The notes under the pieces were generated by a model that was not told where the DNA came from, ran no database searches, and saw nothing but the letters and a program-made list of their open reading frames with translations. Shown here piece after piece: positions 1-8,396 of a stretch of 32,000 nucleotides of DNA. The translations under genes and the position numbers were made by a program. The DNA is from Candidatus Saccharibacteria bacterium oral taxon 488 (lineage in GTDB: Bacteria > Patescibacteriota > Saccharimonadia > Saccharimonadales > Saccharimonadaceae), in assembly GCA_010202845.1 (NCBI GenBank), contig CP047921.1, positions 750,001 to 782,000 on the forward strand. Direction: 5' to 3'. The stretch's first letter is position 1, and every line of letters begins with the position of its first letter.

Positions 1-234
1 GACTGCCTCTTCTGTCGTCAGGAATTGATTTTCTTTCAAGAGTTGATTTCTCGCCTCATTGGCGCGTGCAATTGCCCCGAGGTACATCTGATACCCTGGC
101 GACCTCGAATTACTCAAACCATCAGGACAGCCCTCTCTAAAATCTCTATCAATCTGATTCCTCCACTGAGCATCGATTTCTGAAGGAAACTGTCTAGCGG
201 GTAGTTGAGGCAATGAACTTAGACGCTCTGTCAT
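1..234 (-). CDS. hypothetical protein, N-terminal part only (gene runs off the left edge)
   Basis: My translation of the minus strand from the ATG at 232-234 gives MTERLSSLPQLPARQFPSEIDAQWRNQIDRDFREG... and stays open to position 1. TGCTATATT (revcomp of 243-251) lies 8 nt upstream. No recognisable domain. Confidence 0.4.
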   Translation of the reverse strand, partial: MTERLSSLPQLPARQFPSEIDAQWRNQIDRDFREGCPDGLSNSRSPGYQMYLGAIARANEARNQLLKENQFLTTEEAV

Positions 235-315
235 GATGTTCTAATATAGCATGACCAGGTCAAAAAGGCTAGACGTAGCCACCCCAGCCAATTTACACCA
301 CGACTTCACATGTAT

Positions 316-348
316 CAAAAACAAAAACGACCTCAACTCATGAGGCCG
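316..348 (-). terminator. rho-independent terminator downstream of tRNA-fMet
   Basis: On the minus strand, CGGCCTCA-TGAGT-TGAGGTCG forms an 8 bp stem with one G.U pair. It is followed by TTTTTGTTTTTG. Confidence 0.6.
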
Positions 349-363
349 AAAAATCAATAAACA

Positions 364-440
364 TGGTTGCGGGGGTAGGATTTGAACCTACGACCTTTTG
401 GTTATGAGCCAAACGAGCTACCAGGCTGCTCTACCCCGCG
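364..440 (-). tRNA. initiator tRNA-fMet (anticodon CAT), CCA encoded
   Basis: The reverse complement folds by hand as CGCGGGG TA GAGC AGCCTGGTA GCTC G TTTGG CTCATAA CCAAA AGGTC GTAGG TTCAAAT CCTAC CCCCGCA ACCA. It has the C1xA72 mismatch and A11:U24 typical of bacterial initiators. It is near-identical in acceptor, D and T arms to E. coli tRNA-fMet as I recall it. Confidence 0.9.
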
Positions 441-468
441 GCACATTGTCCATCTTAGCAAACACGAA

Positions 469-909
469 TTATTTTTGCAAGCTCTGACTCGTCCGCCGCG
501 CACCAAAGAGGAAATTGATCCACTGCTGGAAGTTACTGGTCGGTTGCTTTTGCGGCGTGGTTTGGGCGGTCGGTTGCTGCTTGGCCGCGTCGGTTGACGG
601 CACGATCAGCAGCTTTTCGCCGGGCGAGCCACGGCCCAGACGCTGGCGCACCGCGAGATCGAGGTACTCATCGCTTTCATAATATTTTGACTCATATGCC
701 AACAGCTCGGTGCGCAATTTCTCAACCGTCAGCTGGTACTTTTTTTGATCGACCATCTGCTGCAATTCATAATTGCGCTGCATCGATTCGATCGACCCCC
801 ACGCCCAACTCAGCGCGATCAGCGCCGCCGCCGCAACCACAACATTATTCAGCGTCAAATAATCGTGACGCACGTGGTACCAAAATCGTTTGAGTTTCAG
901 CATGTTCAT
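469..909 (-). CDS. FtsB/DivIC-like septum formation initiator (single TM plus coiled coil)
   Basis: 146 aa ORF with an N-terminal TM (VVVAAAALIALSWAW) followed by a coiled coil. It then has SDEYLDLAVRQRLGRGSPGEKLLIV, which resembles the conserved FtsB/DivIC C-terminal motif. The tail is Q/P/T-rich. The start may be M1 (909) or M3 (903). Confidence 0.6.
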   Translation of the reverse strand: MNMLKLKRFWYHVRHDYLTLNNVVVAAAALIALSWAWGSIESMQRNYELQQMVDQKKYQLTVEKLRTELLAYESKYYESDEYLDLAVRQRLGRGSPGEKLLIVPSTDAAKQQPTAQTTPQKQPTSNFQQWINFLFGARRTSQSLQK

Positions 910-1098
910 GTTGGTTTTATCAGAAGCTATGGCTATATTATGAGGGGTCGGGTGGGGTTAGTCAAGATGAGCGGATCTGCAGATGATTTTACTGGGTGAT
1001 CATAGCATGAATGGCTAAACATTAGTAAGGGCCAAGCTGTAGGGGGCTAGTAGCAATCTAGTGAAATTACCAGTCCATTTCGGCCGCCCGTAGTAAGC

Positions 1099-1872
1099 TC
1101 AGTACACCAGTTCCATAAACTCGGAAGAGTTCACATATTCAAAATCATGTACCAGATGGTCGCTCAGGAGATTGTTAACATTCAAAGGGCGTGGCACCGC
1201 AGCACCGAGATATATAGCTGCAATGAGCGCCGTCGATAAGCTGTGGCGAAGATTGAGTACGGCAAGCTTTTCAAAAATATCCGCTTGATGTGTTTCGAGG
1301 TAGGTTTTGTGTAGCTTGGTCATCGAGCCCTTCGCGAGTTCTGGCTGCGTCACGTCAAGCCCCAGATCCTCAGCCACATCGACGAGGCGCCGGCTAGCTA
1401 TCGGCGTCAGACGATCAACATCGTACCTCGTGTCAATGACCGCTTGATTTTGCCGCCGCTCTCTCCACTTGTTGTACAGCCAATCCACTTGTTCAGTTGC
1501 AATTGGCGACGACCGTTTCAGCACTGACAAATCGGCACAGAGTTGGTGGCCTGCAAAGGTCACGCTGGACAATGTCCGCGAGGAAGCGATATCTGACTCG
1601 ATCATTTCTAGAAGCCGCGGCCCCTCGTCCTCTGATTCTAGATAGACTGACTTGAATCCAAATTCGAGCAGGCTTTGATCCTCCAGTGAATCAAAAGTTG
1701 CAAGGTCAATGATGGCCCATGAGTAGCAAAACGGTTTTGATGCTCCCCGAACCCGGAAATTCTTTGTCCACTCAACATCGAGCGCAGCAACGAGACTTCG
1801 TTCCTGACTAAACGGGCGCTCTGGGTCACCAAACGAGCGTTCCGCCCACTGCAAGTTTGTTCTCAGGTGCAT
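1099..1872 (-). CDS. hypothetical protein, possible RNase H-like / DEDD-type 3'-5' exonuclease fold
   Basis: 257 aa ORF. It has LDVEWT (a DxE Exo I-like motif), FAGHQLCADLSVL (Exo II-like) and NLRHSLSTAL (a degenerate Exo III-like motif lacking the Asp). AGGAGA lies upstream. The fold assignment rests on motif resemblance only. Confidence 0.55.
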   Translation of the reverse strand: MHLRTNLQWAERSFGDPERPFSQERSLVAALDVEWTKNFRVRGASKPFCYSWAIIDLATFDSLEDQSLLEFGFKSVYLESEDEGPRLLEMIESDIASSRTLSSVTFAGHQLCADLSVLKRSSPIATEQVDWLYNKWRERRQNQAVIDTRYDVDRLTPIASRRLVDVAEDLGLDVTQPELAKGSMTKLHKTYLETHQADIFEKLAVLNLRHSLSTALIAAIYLGAAVPRPLNVNNLLSDHLVHDFEYVNSSEFMELVY

Positions 1873-2040
1873 CGACTTATGTATTCTCCTAGAGACGATT
1901 TTAACTCACATAGATGCTTTTACCAAGATACGGTCATAGTCGAAGAACGGCGCCAAGCCGAGGGGCATGACGTAACACTTTTGGTAGCCTAGATCGCTAA
2001 ATATATGATCCCGTATCGCGTCAGTCAGCTCAGCTGACCA

Positions 2041-2691
2041 TCATCCAGCGAGCGGGGAGATGAAAGTCCATTCTCTTCCTGGGCCGAACCTAGCAAGAAA
2101 AAGCTCTCTCTCGATAGCTTTGCGACACTTTTCGTATGACTCCCATGCTTGGTTGGTGACTTCATGCAGCGCTTTGCGTCGTTCTTCCAAGTTACTGCGC
2201 TGCTCGGAAGTGAGCAAAGCCTGGAAACGCGGATTAATTATAGCTGCTGAAATGACGTTCAACTGCCTGTAAAGCTCTGCCCAAAGCACCTTTAGTGCTT
2301 CACGCTTTTCTTCGCTTGGGGGGCTTTCGATAAATTCAAGAGCGCCGACACATAGCTCATTAGGCACATTGAAGATATGATCTCCCGAAAGTGTGCTGAT
2401 GTAAGCAGCGTCTTTGTCGCACGCCATTAATGATTCGTACGATACGACTGACTCGCTAGGGGTTTCACGATTGTCTTTAGCTGCGGTTTCTGCAGTCATT
2501 TCCCTTACTGTCTCGTTTGCTATCTCCCCAAGCTTTCTCGTATGCTCATATGGCCGTCCGCACTTTTCACACACTTTTTCCTTGCGAGATATTTCCTCCG
2601 GGGCTACATCTACGCCAGGTATGGCCTCCGCCTGCTGAGTTACTGGTGGCTCTTGCTCTGGTGGTCGGAATAGTTGCCGTCGTTTTTTCAT
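2041..2691 (-). CDS. hypothetical protein (disordered N-terminus, CxxC half-site)
   Basis: 216 aa ORF. TGCTATATT (revcomp of 2702-2710) lies 10 nt upstream of the ATG. No recognisable domain. Confidence 0.5.
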   Translation of the reverse strand: MKKRRQLFRPPEQEPPVTQQAEAIPGVDVAPEEISRKEKVCEKCGRPYEHTRKLGEIANETVREMTAETAAKDNRETPSESVVSYESLMACDKDAAYISTLSGDHIFNVPNELCVGALEFIESPPSEEKREALKVLWAELYRQLNVISAAIINPRFQALLTSEQRSNLEERRKALHEVTNQAWESYEKCRKAIERELFLARFGPGREWTFISPLAG

Positions 2692-2750
2692 CCTACTTTT
2701 TAATATAGCACAAACTCAGGAACTAGTAGCAAACTCCGGATAACCAGAAG

Positions 2751-3038
2751 CTATCTCCTCAAAGACTCCTGCGCGTCCTCAGCGGCGAAGCGGATCGGGT
2801 ACATACTCGCTTTTGGAAATTCTCTTTTGAGTCTGGCAGTCAAATCATTGTAGTGCATACCAGGGTTCTGATCCAACAGCCTAGTTGCAGCCTGAGACAG
2901 ATTGGCATAAAGCTCGTGTTCCTCGCGCAGCATGTCATTAATATTCTGCACTACAGTTCTTTCCTCTACTTTGTCTGGATCAGCACCAACATCACCAGCA
3001 CTAACATGATCTGTCTCTGGAAGCTTCAGATCCTCCAT
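2751..3038 (-). CDS. hypothetical small acidic protein
   Basis: 95 aa ORF with a GGAGA Shine-Dalgarno 4-5 nt upstream of the ATG. It sits 36 nt downstream of the tRNA at 3075-3150 on the same strand, with no intervening terminator. Confidence 0.5.
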   Translation of the reverse strand: MEDLKLPETDHVSAGDVGADPDKVEERTVVQNINDMLREEHELYANLSQAATRLLDQNPGMHYNDLTARLKREFPKASMYPIRFAAEDAQESLRR

Positions 3039-3074
3039 ATTATCTCCTGTCTCCGTTCGCTTGGGTTATATTCG

Positions 3075-3150
3075 TGGTGGGGGTGGCTGGGATCGAACCA
3101 GCGACCAACAGGTTATGAGCCCGCTGCTCTAACCGCTGAGCTACACCCCC
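3075..3150 (-). tRNA. tRNA with CAT anticodon: elongator Met or lysidine-dependent Ile2, CCA encoded
   Basis: The reverse complement is GGGGGTG TA GCTC AGCGGTTA GAGC A GCGGG CTCATAA CCTGT TGGTC GCTGG TTCGATC CCAGC CACCCCC ACCA. All seven acceptor pairs are Watson-Crick, so it is not an initiator. The variable and T arm (TTGGTCGCTGGTTC..CCAGC) resembles E. coli ileX as I recall it. TATAAT (revcomp of 3159-3164) lies about 9 nt upstream. Confidence 0.9.
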
Positions 3151-3198
3151 ATGAGCGATATTATACCGTAAAAGCAGCCGAGTGAGAAGTACCGTCAT

Positions 3199-3573
3199 TT
3201 ACCCTACTGCTGGCCGGCAAGCTGCTCGCGCGTTCCTGAGCGCAGCGCGCGCCATTGCAATTCCTTCCCTATTTATCTGTTTTTGTTCCTCGGTTAGCGG
3301 ACCCTGGCCCCACAAGGCATGAGCCTCCCTGGTACGTGTACCTAAAACCGTAGGGCTATGGTGAGGCCGTAGTTTCTTATCCGCGGGGATATTCTGATCA
3401 GATAGTCGCTCATCAACCGCATGGGCGTTCTGATCAGCCGGCGGTTTAAGCCCAAGTGCCCATCGCGCTTTATAATATGGCCAGCCCATTTCATCGACAA
3501 GCTCATCAACCTTCTTCCACTCCTCCGCGGTCAATTCACGGCCCCGCTCACCAGTCTGCGATAGTTCACTCAT
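3199..3573 (-). CDS. hypothetical protein
   Basis: 124 aa ORF on the same strand as its neighbours. No recognisable domain. Confidence 0.45.
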   Translation of the reverse strand: MSELSQTGERGRELTAEEWKKVDELVDEMGWPYYKARWALGLKPPADQNAHAVDERLSDQNIPADKKLRPHHSPTVLGTRTREAHALWGQGPLTEEQKQINREGIAMARAALRNARAACRPAVG

Positions 3574-3636
3574 AACTAGTAAATATCATATTTTGCCCAT
3601 AAAAGCAATACTACCTCAGCGCCACAGCCCCTCACC

Positions 3637-3668
3637 ACAAAAAGACTCCCGCATGAGCGAGAGTCTTT
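3637..3668 (-). terminator. rho-independent terminator after the 68-aa gene
   Basis: On the minus strand, AAAGACTC-(12 nt loop)-GAGTCTTT forms a stem. It runs into TTTTTGTGG. Confidence 0.55.
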
Positions 3669-3725
3669 GAGGCACCTGTTTGTTTGATACCATTGTACCG
3701 GTAACCAGGTGTATAATGCAAGTGC

Positions 3726-3932
3726 TTATTTCTTCTTTTTGATTGTCAAAAAGCCGTTGCGTGGATTCTCGGTAACGATCCGATCATCTGGCAAATCGCA
3801 TGGCTCGCCCTTGGCGTTCTTTTCAACCTTGGCGAAAAAATAAATCGTCTGCGTTTTGCCACCGCGCAGCGTGACTTCGGTTTTATGCAAGTAGTATGTA
3901 ATGCCTTTTGAGTTTGTGTGCTTATAAGCCAT
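3726..3932 (-). CDS. small conserved hypothetical protein
   Basis: 68 aa ORF, MAYKHTNSKGITYYLHKTEVTLRGGKTQTIYFFAK.... A GGAGG Shine-Dalgarno lies 7 nt upstream, with TATAAT further upstream and a terminator downstream. Confidence 0.6.
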   Translation of the reverse strand: MAYKHTNSKGITYYLHKTEVTLRGGKTQTIYFFAKVEKNAKGEPCDLPDDRIVTENPRNGFLTIKKKK

Positions 3933-3995
3933 TCGTATACCTCCTGTTAGTATTATACTATTCTAGATTAGCGTCTCTGTTGACCCCTGTCAAGC

Positions 3996-4658
3996 CTAAA
4001 GCGGTTTTTGACGATACCGAAGCAGTAGTTTCAGTACCGCCAAAGCCACCAGTCGAGCAATGATAATCAGCATAATTACCCCTGTTACCACCAATGACCA
4101 GCCCGCCAAGTCCGATGACCAGAGCGGCGGTACAAATGTCTGGTAATATGGTGCTGTGGCAGGCGGCATAAATTTGAGGTCAAGCGACGAAGCGGCCGGG
4201 TACTTCGCCCATTCATCATTGATACAGCTGACGTAGCGCGGGTCGGCCGTAGCATAAAATCGCCCCCAGCCGCCAGCCTGTGCTCGGGCGTCACACACTT
4301 GGCGGACTTTAGCGACTGTATCGTTGCTGGAACGAGAGGCCGACTTTGACTCAAACGCTTTCCAGGCCACCTCGTAGGCCCGCTTGTACGAGTGCTCCAG
4401 AGCGATGCGTCCCGGGTCAGCGTTCATGTGCGCAACCACGTAGCGCTGCAAGTCATACACCCGCCGCTCCAGCGCCCCCTCGTCGCCCTCCTTGTCGGCG
4501 TTGATGACGGCGTCACGGCGCTCGATCATGCCAATATTATTTAGCCTGAGGAATGTCGCACTGACAAACGACGCCATCACCAGCAAAATGACCAGCTGCC
4601 ATGTCTTAATTTCTTCTAGTCGCCGGATCGCCCGACGCGTGCCTCGCTTATCTGCCAT
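3996..4658 (-). CDS. hypothetical membrane protein (N- and C-terminal TM helices)
   Basis: 220 aa ORF with hydrophobic segments WQLVILLVMASFVSATFL and GWSLVVTGVIMLIIIARLVALAVL. TGGTATAAT and a GGTGGGG Shine-Dalgarno lie upstream. Confidence 0.6.
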   Translation of the reverse strand: MADKRGTRRAIRRLEEIKTWQLVILLVMASFVSATFLRLNNIGMIERRDAVINADKEGDEGALERRVYDLQRYVVAHMNADPGRIALEHSYKRAYEVAWKAFESKSASRSSNDTVAKVRQVCDARAQAGGWGRFYATADPRYVSCINDEWAKYPAASSLDLKFMPPATAPYYQTFVPPLWSSDLAGWSLVVTGVIMLIIIARLVALAVLKLLLRYRQKPL

Positions 4659-4724
4659 TCCCCACCTTTCTCAAGTCCATTATACCAAAGATACTGGGCG
4701 AATGCGACACGGGGCTAGCGTCAG

Positions 4725-4733
4725 TGGTATAAT
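4725..4733 (+). promoter_or_regulatory. extended -10 (TGGTATAAT) 6 nt upstream of the murC ATG; predicted leaderless transcript
   Basis: TGGTATAAT is read directly at 4725-4733 and the ATG is at 4740. No Shine-Dalgarno is possible in the 6 nt between them. Confidence 0.5.
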
Positions 4734-4739
4734 GACGCT

Positions 4740-6005
4740 ATGAGGATTTATTTTTCGGGAATTGGTGGTGTGGCGATTGGGCCACTAGCAGAAATGGCCA
4801 TCGGCGCTGGACACGAGGTCTGTGGCTCTGACCGGGTGGCCGGCTTGATGACGGAGGCGCTCAAGCAGGCCGGCATCACGGTGTCGTTTGATCAGTCGGG
4901 CGAGTTTTTGCGCAGCAAGCATCAGCGAGAGCCCTTTGACTGGTTTGTCTATACGGCGGCCCTGCCAGCGGATCATCCAGAGTTGGTACTGGCGAGACAG
5001 CTAGGGATTCGCACCAGCAAGCGTGACGAGCTACTCGCTCAGATTATCGCCGACAAGCAGCTTAAGCTCATCGCCGTCACTGGTACGCACGGCAAGACGA
5101 CGACGACTGGTATGCTGGTGTGGACGTTGCAGCAACTCGGCGTGCCGGTGAGCTACCTAGTTGGCTCGACGCTTAGTTTTGGCCCAAGCGGTCGGTTTGA
5201 TCCGGCCAGTCAGTTTTTGGTGTATGAATGCGATGAATTTGACCGCAATTTCCTCCACTTTTCGCCGTGGCTAAGCCTCATCACCTCAGTTGATTATGAT
5301 CATCCCGACACCTTTCCGACGCCAGATGATTACCGAGCGGCGTTTCGGCAATTTGGCGAGCAGTCGACGCAGGTGATCGCTTGGCGAGAGGACGCTGAGG
5401 TATTTACTCCGGCCAATGTGACGGTGCTTGAACAGACTGATCCCCAAATAACGCTGGCTGGCGAACACAACCGGCGTAACGGCACGCTGGCAGCACGGGC
5501 GGTGATGCTGGTGCGAGAGGCGGCTGCCCTTGAGATTGAGACTGAGGCGATTATCGCGGCGCTCAACACCTTTCCGGGTACCGGCCGGCGCTTCGAGAAG
5601 CTAGCTGACAATCTCTACACCGACTACGGCCATCACCCATCGGAGATTGCCGCCACGCTGCAGCTGGCCCATGAGCTGAATGACCGCGTGGTGCTCGTCT
5701 ACCAGCCACATCAAAATATTCGCCAGCACGAGGTTCGTGAGCGCTACACTGATGAGATTTTTACCCATGCCAGCGAGATATATTGGCTGCCGACGTACTT
5801 GACCCGCGAAGACCCAAACCTGCCGGTGCTGACGCCAGAGGAATTAACGCACCAATTGACGACGGACAAGGTGCATATCGCGCAGCTGGATGAGGCGCTA
5901 TGGCACACGATTGAACAGCAACGAGCGCGCGGCGCGCTGGTACTCGGTATGGGTGCCGGGACAATCGACGGGTGGCTGCGCGAGCAATTAGGTCGCAGCG
6001 CCTGA
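4740..6005 (+). CDS. murC: UDP-N-acetylmuramate--L-alanine ligase (Mur ligase family)
   Basis: 421 aa. The N-terminal FSGIGGVAIGPLAEMAIGAGHEVCGSD matches MurC FVGIGGxGMxGIAEvL..G..vSGSD. The ATP site is VTGTHGKTTTTGM. TSVDYDHPDTF, FPGTGRRFE, DYGHHPSEI and VYQPHQ line up with the E. coli MurC motifs I recall. It is shorter than E. coli MurC. Confidence 0.85.
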   Translation: MRIYFSGIGGVAIGPLAEMAIGAGHEVCGSDRVAGLMTEALKQAGITVSFDQSGEFLRSKHQREPFDWFVYTAALPADHPELVLARQLGIRTSKRDELLAQIIADKQLKLIAVTGTHGKTTTTGMLVWTLQQLGVPVSYLVGSTLSFGPSGRFDPASQFLVYECDEFDRNFLHFSPWLSLITSVDYDHPDTFPTPDDYRAAFRQFGEQSTQVIAWREDAEVFTPANVTVLEQTDPQITLAGEHNRRNGTLAARAVMLVREAAALEIETEAIIAALNTFPGTGRRFEKLADNLYTDYGHHPSEIAATLQLAHELNDRVVLVYQPHQNIRQHEVRERYTDEIFTHASEIYWLPTYLTREDPNLPVLTPEELTHQLTTDKVHIAQLDEALWHTIEQQRARGALVLGMGAGTIDGWLREQLGRSA

Positions 6006-6016
6006 TCACGGTTCGC

Positions 6017-6676
6017 CTACTCGTCAGGCTCACCACCAAGCGCCGCCCGGATATCATCATACGAAAATCCCTGACGGGCCAGATACGCCATAAATTTTTG
6101 TTGATCGCCGGCGTATTTGTGGCGTTTTTTAGCGATAATTTTTTGCAGTTCCTCGTCGTCGGAGCGGATATTTTCGCTAACTAACTGTTCTATCGTCTCG
6201 CGCTCAATCCCCTTTTGCGCTAGTTCCAATTTGAGCCGCCTGACACTGGTGCCTTTTTGCATAAATCGATGTTCCAGCCAAAAGCGGGCAAACTTTTCAT
6301 CATCGAGGTACTGTTTCTCGATCAGCCGCGCCAGCACCCGCTCGGTAATTTCCGGTTTCACGCCTGGACGCTCAGTAATTTCACCAGTCTTTGGCGAGCG
6401 CTTTTTGGTCGGCCTGGTTTTACGCCACAAATAATCCCGCACTTCTTTAACCGAGCGCGGCCGTGTCAAACAATACTCCATGGCCCGGGCGTACAACTTG
6501 CCAAACTGACTCTCGTCCTCTAGCGCTGTCAATTCGTCGTCGGTATATTCGCGCCCAACCTTAATCCCCAGCTCGCCCACCTGAAAGACATCAAGGCTAA
6601 AGCGATATTTGCCATCAACGCTAACATTGACGCGGTTTTTATCGCGAGTCTGGAGAGAGATGTCGGTGATTTTCAT
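6017..6676 (-). CDS. recX: recombination regulator RecX
   Basis: 219 aa. It has the typical RecX start (ITDISLQTRDKNRVNVSVDGKYRFSLD) followed by helical repeats (YCLTRPRSVKEVRDYL...). TATAAT (revcomp of 6683-6688) lies 6 nt upstream of the ATG. The gene sits in the recA neighbourhood. Confidence 0.85.
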   Translation of the reverse strand: MKITDISLQTRDKNRVNVSVDGKYRFSLDVFQVGELGIKVGREYTDDELTALEDESQFGKLYARAMEYCLTRPRSVKEVRDYLWRKTRPTKKRSPKTGEITERPGVKPEITERVLARLIEKQYLDDEKFARFWLEHRFMQKGTSVRRLKLELAQKGIERETIEQLVSENIRSDDEELQKIIAKKRHKYAGDQQKFMAYLARQGFSYDDIRAALGGEPDE

Positions 6677-6721
6677 AAAAATATTATAACGCGAAGACGG
6701 TGAGCTCGCTACTGGCAGAGG

Positions 6722-7246
6722 CTACTCGACTACTTCGACAACCTTACCATGCACGCCGTTGTAGCAAGCAGCAGCACGCGGCTCGGTGATGACCGGTAGT
6801 TGCCCTGGAATAGCGCTCATATTAACGTCGTCAAGCGTACCGGCCTCGACGCAACCAAGCGTGATGTGCGGGCGGAACCCATCAACATCCAGCCCTGGGT
6901 GAATACCATCCAGTGCCGCGAGTAATTGCTGACGCGCCTCAATCATCCAGGCATTTTTCTGCGTGCGTAGCTCAACCCAAATACAGTTACCGGCCTCGTC
7001 TGGCAAGAAACTAACACCATCAAGCACCAACTTACTTAGGATAGGTAGTGCCGCAGCGGCCGACTTGAGGCGTGGCATGTCCTGCTCGGTCACGTTAATC
7101 AGTGTCACGTGTGGGATAAACTCACCAAAGTCAAGATTCATTTTTTCTGACAGCTCTCGAAGATACGCATTCTGCTTATCATCAAAGACGAGGCTGACTG
7201 ATGCCATATGTTTTTCGACTGGATATGCGGTTTCTGCTGCGCGCAT
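6722..7246 (-). CDS. 2H phosphoesterase superfamily protein (LigT/ThpR-like 2'-5' RNA ligase / cyclic phosphodiesterase)
   Basis: Two HxT motifs are present in the expected spacing (PHVTLINV and PHITLGCV). The ATG overlaps the recA stop as TAATG. An alternative start is M14 at 7207. Confidence 0.7.
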   Translation of the reverse strand: MRAAETAYPVEKHMASVSLVFDDKQNAYLRELSEKMNLDFGEFIPHVTLINVTEQDMPRLKSAAAALPILSKLVLDGVSFLPDEAGNCIWVELRTQKNAWMIEARQQLLAALDGIHPGLDVDGFRPHITLGCVEAGTLDDVNMSAIPGQLPVITEPRAAACYNGVHGKVVEVVE

Positions 7247-8316
7247 TAGTTTTCTCCTTCTTTTACTTTCTCCCGAACCTTCTGGTCAACTTCCGCCAGA
7301 ACCTCAGGATGTTCTTTCAGATACAACTTAGTTTTATCACGGCCTTGACCAATGGTCTCGCCGTTATATTTGTAAAAGGCGCCAGATTTTTCAACAATGC
7401 CGTGCGTGGCTGCCAAATCCAGAATATCGCCAGTTTTAGAGATGCCTTCATTATACATAATGTCAAACTCAGCGATGCGGAATGGCGGCGCAATCTTATT
7501 TTTCACCACCTTGATCTTGGTACGGTTACCGAGGATATCATCGCCAACCTTGATCTGCCCAATCCGGCGAATATCTACCCGCTGCGAGGCGTAAAACTTC
7601 AGCGCGTTACCACCCGTCGTGGTCTCCGGATTGCCAAACATCACGCCAATCTTCATGCGAATCTGGTTGATGAAAATCACCGTGGCTTTCGACTTGTTGA
7701 TGATACCAGTCAATTTACGCAGTGCCTGACTCATCAGCCGCGCCTGCAGGCCCATGTGAGAATCACCCATATCGCCGTCAATTTCTGCCTGCGGTGTCAG
7801 CGCTGCCACCGAATCCACCACGATGAGATCTACCGCATTTGAGCGCACCAAGGTTTCAGTAATCTCCAGCGCTTGCTCACCGTTGTCCGGCTGCGATACC
7901 AACAGATTTTCCGTATCGACACCCAACCGCTTGGCGTAGGCCGGGTCAAGCGCGTGCTCAGCGTCGATGAACGCTGCCGTGCCGCCCTGCTTTTGGATTT
8001 CGGCGATAGCGTGTAGTGTCAACGTTGTCTTACCTGAACTTTCCGGGCCGTAAATCTCAATAATGCGGCCTTTCGGGTAACCGCCGCCCAATGCCAAATC
8101 GAGGCTTAGCGAGCCCGACGGAATCACCTCAACGTCAACTTTGTGCGCTTCGCCCAGCTTCATAATCGAACCATCACCAAACTGCTTGGTGATCTGATCC
8201 ATGGCCAGGCCCAATGCCTTTAATTTACCATTATCAATCTTTTTTTCTGGCGCCTGAGCCGTGCCAGTTGCGGCGTCTGTTTGGTGTTTATTATCGGTTT
8301 TCGCTGCGCTAGCCAT
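7246..8316 (-). CDS. recA: recombinase RecA
   Basis: 356 aa with Walker [14 protein letters not shown] and canonical RecA sequence throughout ([48 protein letters not shown]). A GGAGGGAG Shine-Dalgarno and TGGTATACT lie upstream. Confidence 0.98.
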   Translation of the reverse strand: MASAAKTDNKHQTDAATGTAQAPEKKIDNGKLKALGLAMDQITKQFGDGSIMKLGEAHKVDVEVIPSGSLSLDLALGGGYPKGRIIEIYGPESSGKTTLTLHAIAEIQKQGGTAAFIDAEHALDPAYAKRLGVDTENLLVSQPDNGEQALEITETLVRSNAVDLIVVDSVAALTPQAEIDGDMGDSHMGLQARLMSQALRKLTGIINKSKATVIFINQIRMKIGVMFGNPETTTGGNALKFYASQRVDIRRIGQIKVGDDILGNRTKIKVVKNKIAPPFRIAEFDIMYNEGISKTGDILDLAATHGIVEKSGAFYKYNGETIGQGRDKTKLYLKEHPEVLAEVDQKVREKVKEGEN

Positions 8317-8387
8317 ACCTCTCCCTCCGTTATCTTATGTTGTATAGTATACCATAAATCAAGCACCTACCACGAGTGGTGAAACTT

Positions 8388-8396
8388 TGCTATAAT
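8388..8396 (+). promoter_or_regulatory. extended -10 (TGCTATAAT) 6 nt upstream of the pilin ATG; predicted leaderless
   Basis: TGCTATAAT is read directly at 8388-8396 and the ATG is at 8403. Confidence 0.5.

Noticed and set aside
382-597. 71-aa plus-strand ORF
   Set aside because: It overlaps the tRNA-fMet and is antisense to the FtsB-like gene. Its Leu/Arg/Gly low-complexity product is the mirror of the Q/P/T-rich tail on the other strand.
1046-2735. Repeated 10-mer CTAGTAGCAA (about 1046 and about 2726)
   Set aside because: Hundreds of chance 10-mer matches are expected within 32 kb. There is no extended similarity around them.
364-3150. Integrated prophage or island between the two CAT tRNAs
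   Set aside because: There is no integrase, no partial tRNA duplication (att-like repeat) that I could find, and the composition is only slightly below the core. It is reported as an orphan cluster instead.
2853-3185. 110-aa plus-strand ORF
   Set aside because: It runs antisense through the 95-aa gene and straight through the tRNA at 3075-3150, so it is an artefact.
3707-3716. Plus-strand TGTATAAT box just before the 3' end of the 68-aa gene
   Set aside because: There is no plus-strand gene downstream. It is probably a chance -10-like hexamer in AT-rich spacer, though an antisense transcript cannot be excluded.
7201-7842. 213-aa plus-strand ORF
   Set aside because: It is entirely antisense to recA, which is unambiguous. 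Long antisense ORFs are expected in GC-rich coding sequence.
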